DNA of 59,017 nt, from IMG/VR virus record IMGVR_UViG_3300027666_000002; one strand, given 5' to 3'. The translations under genes were made by a program, and so were the position numbers. The DNA is from a virus. Below the pieces are notes generated by a model. That model was not told the DNA's origin. It was given only the letters and a program-made list of their open reading frames with translations, and searched no databases. This document shows positions 56,632-59,017 of the stretch, in pieces. Numbering within the stretch: the first letter of the stretch is position 1; every line of letters starts with the position of its first letter.

Positions 56632-57704
56632 GCTGGCACCATCTCGGCACTCAGCACCGTGTCATCGGCTGCTGCGGGGATACTGAAGGCGATGCCGGCG
56701 AAGTTGTGCACGATCAGTCGCAGCGTGTGCGCGCCGGTCTGGGCAGCCGTCGAGTCGGTGGCGACATGCGCGGTGGGTTGAGTGAAGTTGCTGCCGATGC
56801 TGGCAGAGGTCTGGTAGCCGCGCTGGATCTGGCCCGAGCTGAGAGCCGTGGAGTCCAGCGTGGTGCCGGCAGCGATCAGCAGGTTGGGAGAGGTGGCGGT
56901 GGGGATGGTCCAGGCCGCCGAGCCGTTGACGCGGAGCTTGTAACTGAAGCCAGGATCGGGCACCGACAGGGACGCCAGGATCATCTCGGCGCCCGACGCG
57001 AGCGCGCCCGAGCCGGACTGGGCCGGCGTGTCGAACGAGTAGGGCGTGACGCCTTTCCAGGCGGAGCCGTCCCAGACGCGCAGGCGCATCGGGTAGGGCG
57101 CGGTCGCGGGGATGATCTGCATCTCGCCCACGACGGTCCCCGCGTCGGAGAGCTGCGCGGTGAACGGCGCGTACACGGCGCCCGCCAGGCCGGTGCGCTT
57201 GCGCAGGTCGGTCAGCACGCCAGTGGTGGAGGCCGCGTTCACGGTGACCTGCACGATGGGGAGGAAGCTGGCCGGCAGCGCGGGCACCGCCGGTGCGCCA
57301 GCGGACGGGGTGCCCTGAACGATCGCGAGATCGGCGGAGTTCACCACGCCCGTGTAGAAGGCGTCCTGGACGCGGACGCCGATGACGTCGATTCGGTTGG
57401 TAGTCGGGGATGAGGCGGTGACGGTGAGCGTCTGGTTCTGCAGGTTGATGACGCTGTAGTCGCCAGGCTGGGAGCCGAACGTGTTCTCGACGACGCCCAC
57501 GCCCTTGCCGACGGTGACATCCCAGGTAGTCATGCTGAACGCGAAGGCGCGCGCGCCTTGGCCGGGGAGCACGCCGCTGCGGCACGCGGTGTCCGAGGTG
57601 TTCAGCGCGGTGGGCACGAATCGCGCGCTGATCTGGTGCAGGCGGTCCAGGGCTGCGGGGTAGGTGCCGGCCTGCAGGTATGCCGGCGGGTTGCTGATGG
57701 CCAT
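56628..57704 (-). CDS. minor tail protein
   Basis: 358 aa. The N-terminus MAISNPPAYLQAGTYPAALDRL... resembles actinophage minor tail proteins (recalled). Ser/Thr/Ala-rich. Confidence 0.55.
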   Translation of the reverse strand: MAISNPPAYLQAGTYPAALDRLHQISARFVPTALNTSDTACRSGVLPGQGARAFAFSMTTWDVTVGKGVGVVENTFGSQPGDYSVINLQNQTLTVTASSPTTNRIDVIGVRVQDAFYTGVVNSADLAIVQGTPSAGAPAVPALPASFLPIVQVTVNAASTTGVLTDLRKRTGLAGAVYAPFTAQLSDAGTVVGEMQIIPATAPYPMRLRVWDGSAWKGVTPYSFDTPAQSGSGALASGAEMILASLSVPDPGFSYKLRVNGSAAWTIPTATSPNLLIAAGTTLDSTALSSGQIQRGYQTSASIGSNFTQPTAHVATDSTAAQTGAHTLRLIVHNFAGIAFSIPAAADDTVLSAEMVPA

Positions 57705-57707
57705 GGA

Positions 57708-58628
57708 TCACTCCGAGGTCGAGCGCCAGATGACGCGCAGGTTGGCGGACGGGTCGAACGAGCCGGACGAGGCGCGCCACCGGATGTTGTTGATCCCCGG
57801 CGCGAGCGTCCAAGGCCTCCCTACCAGCCGGTAGCTTCCGGGATCGACGCGGCCCGTGCGCGAGTCGATCGTCACCACGGCAGCAGCGGGGACGGTGCCG
57901 GAGACCATGAACGTGCGACCGGTGGTCTGGTTGTCCAGGATCGGAGAGGCGACCGGACCGGTGATCTCGAACAGCGGCCACGCGTCGAGGTCGCCGGTGT
58001 TCTCCGCCTGACCGATGCCACCCGGGTTAGTAGACGCTCCGTAGTTGTATGAATACGTCTTGTTGTAGGTGCGCCCGGACACGGTGTCGACCGGCAGGCC
58101 GATGTCCACGAAGTCGGGCGAGCCGCTGGACAGCTTCCAGGGCGGGTTACTGGCCATGAGGGTGAACTGAAACTGCACGGCGACGCCGCCGAGCTGGTAA
58201 CCCATCTCCGGCGTCGCGCGGAAGTCGCCCGAGGCGCGGCAGATCATCGCCAACCGGCGACCCTGCCCCCAGTCGAACTGCTCCCAAATCACCCGCTTGC
58301 GAGGGCCCAGCTTGCGCCTGAGGGCCGCGATGTTGCGTCGCAGGGTCGCGGCATCCGGACAGACCATCGCGCCCTTCACGGGCAGAGTGCGCGGCCCGAC
58401 GGACTGCGGACCGTCAAGACCGCCGTCACGGGAGCCGGCGGTGTCCATCGGGGTAATGAACTCTAGACCCTCCCAGCCGTCCGGCTCCCCCGCCACGATG
58501 TGCGTGCCGTCTGCCCACGTGGTGTTGATCCAGATGTCCGCGCTGTCGGTCACGAAGTCGTCGCCGAGCCGATACTGGCCCTCGGTGTCGACGGTCGGCA
58601 GCGACGCGTACGGATTCGGTGCGGTCAC
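57708..58628 (-). CDS. distal tail protein (Dit-like), putative
   Basis: GTGA overlap with the tape measure stop at 58625..58628 (ORF-track start 58640 is an alternative). First gene after the tape measure. Confidence 0.55.
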   Translation of the reverse strand: MTAPNPYASLPTVDTEGQYRLGDDFVTDSADIWINTTWADGTHIVAGEPDGWEGLEFITPMDTAGSRDGGLDGPQSVGPRTLPVKGAMVCPDAATLRRNIAALRRKLGPRKRVIWEQFDWGQGRRLAMICRASGDFRATPEMGYQLGGVAVQFQFTLMASNPPWKLSSGSPDFVDIGLPVDTVSGRTYNKTYSYNYGASTNPGGIGQAENTGDLDAWPLFEITGPVASPILDNQTTGRTFMVSGTVPAAAVVTIDSRTGRVDPGSYRLVGRPWTLAPGINNIRWRASSGSFDPSANLRVIWRSTSE

Positions 58629-59017
58629 AGGCTCACCCACTGGTCGTCGACACCGGCCTGCACGGGGTTGCGCCGGACGCCGAGGATGGACGCCCCGGCG
58701 AGCACGTCACCGAATCCGCGCTGCATCACCGTGTTGGCGAACTGCTGCACGTCGGTTCCGGGGCGCATGACGTTGGTCTGCTGGATGACGGTGGCGGCTA
58801 CCGGCGTGGCGGCCGCCGTGGCGAGCCCTGCGGCCAGGTCGGGCGTGGACAGGCTGACTCCGGCGCCATCGATGCTGGCTGCACTGAGGGCGGCCTGCGC
58901 GAGCCCGCCTGCTGCGTCGACCACGCTGGCGGTTGAGGCGTTGAGGCCACGAACCAGGCCGGCGCCGATCTGCTCACCGATGGTGTGGAACACCTTGGAC
59001 GGGGAGCCGATGCCCAG
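58625..59017 (-). CDS. tape measure protein, C-terminal part (58891..59017 duplicates nt 1..127)
   Basis: ORF-track 58625..58993 (...QIGAGLVRGLNASTASVVDAAGGLAQAA...) is in frame with the open minus-strand frame at nt 1..2278. Confidence 0.85.
   Translation of the reverse strand: MGIGSPSKVFHTIGEQIGAGLVRGLNASTASVVDAAGGLAQAALSAASIDGAGVSLSTPDLAAGLATAAATPVAATVIQQTNVMRPGTDVQQFANTVMQRGFGDVLAGASILGVRRNPVQAGVDDQWVSL
58891..59017. repeat. terminal overlap identical to 1..127
   Basis: Verbatim 127-nt repeat of the window start. Confidence 0.9.

Overview
The window is one circularly assembled, high-GC tailed-phage genome. The first 127 nt equal the last 127 nt, so the unique length is 58,890 bp. Gene content looks siphovirus-like and actinobacteriophage-like. 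The minus strand is transcribed 43976 -> 1 and wraps to 58890 -> 52470. In order it carries: an HNH nuclease, a winged-helix initiator-like protein plus DnaC-like loader, a holin-like protein plus GH25/PASTA endolysin, a VRR-NUC nuclease, and the small and large terminase. Next comes a ~15-kb island of ~40 small ORFs, then a DUF1360-like membrane protein, a 1185-aa portal-MuF-ADP-ribosyltransferase fusion, a HAD phosphatase, and a 901-aa prohead protease carrying 2H-phosphoesterase motifs. The rest is the major capsid protein, two structural proteins sharing a ~97-aa domain, connector genes, the G/GT chaperones, an 847-aa tape measure spanning the contig junction, distal/minor tail proteins and membrane proteins. 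The plus strand holds a 2.3-kb inverted cassette block (10.7-13.1 kb) and an 8.3-kb early/recombination block (44.0-52.4 kb: ERF annealase, SSB, wHTH proteins). I saw no integrase, repressor, DNA polymerase, rRNA or CRISPR array. Three signals stand out. (i) About 20 copies of one promoter (TTGACACCCA-N-GGGGTAnnnT), 14 of them with a conserved leader (GGAACAACC...GGAAGGACC-ATG), often fused to covarying hairpins. (ii) A ~1-kb ORF-free, promoter-driven, helix-dense locus (30.37-31.40 kb) ending in a tRNA-like element, which is a candidate large structured ncRNA. (iii) Enzyme domains (ART toxin, 2H phosphoesterase) fused to virion-assembly proteins. All calls come from reading the sequence and ORF track by eye; family names are recalled motif resemblances, not search results.
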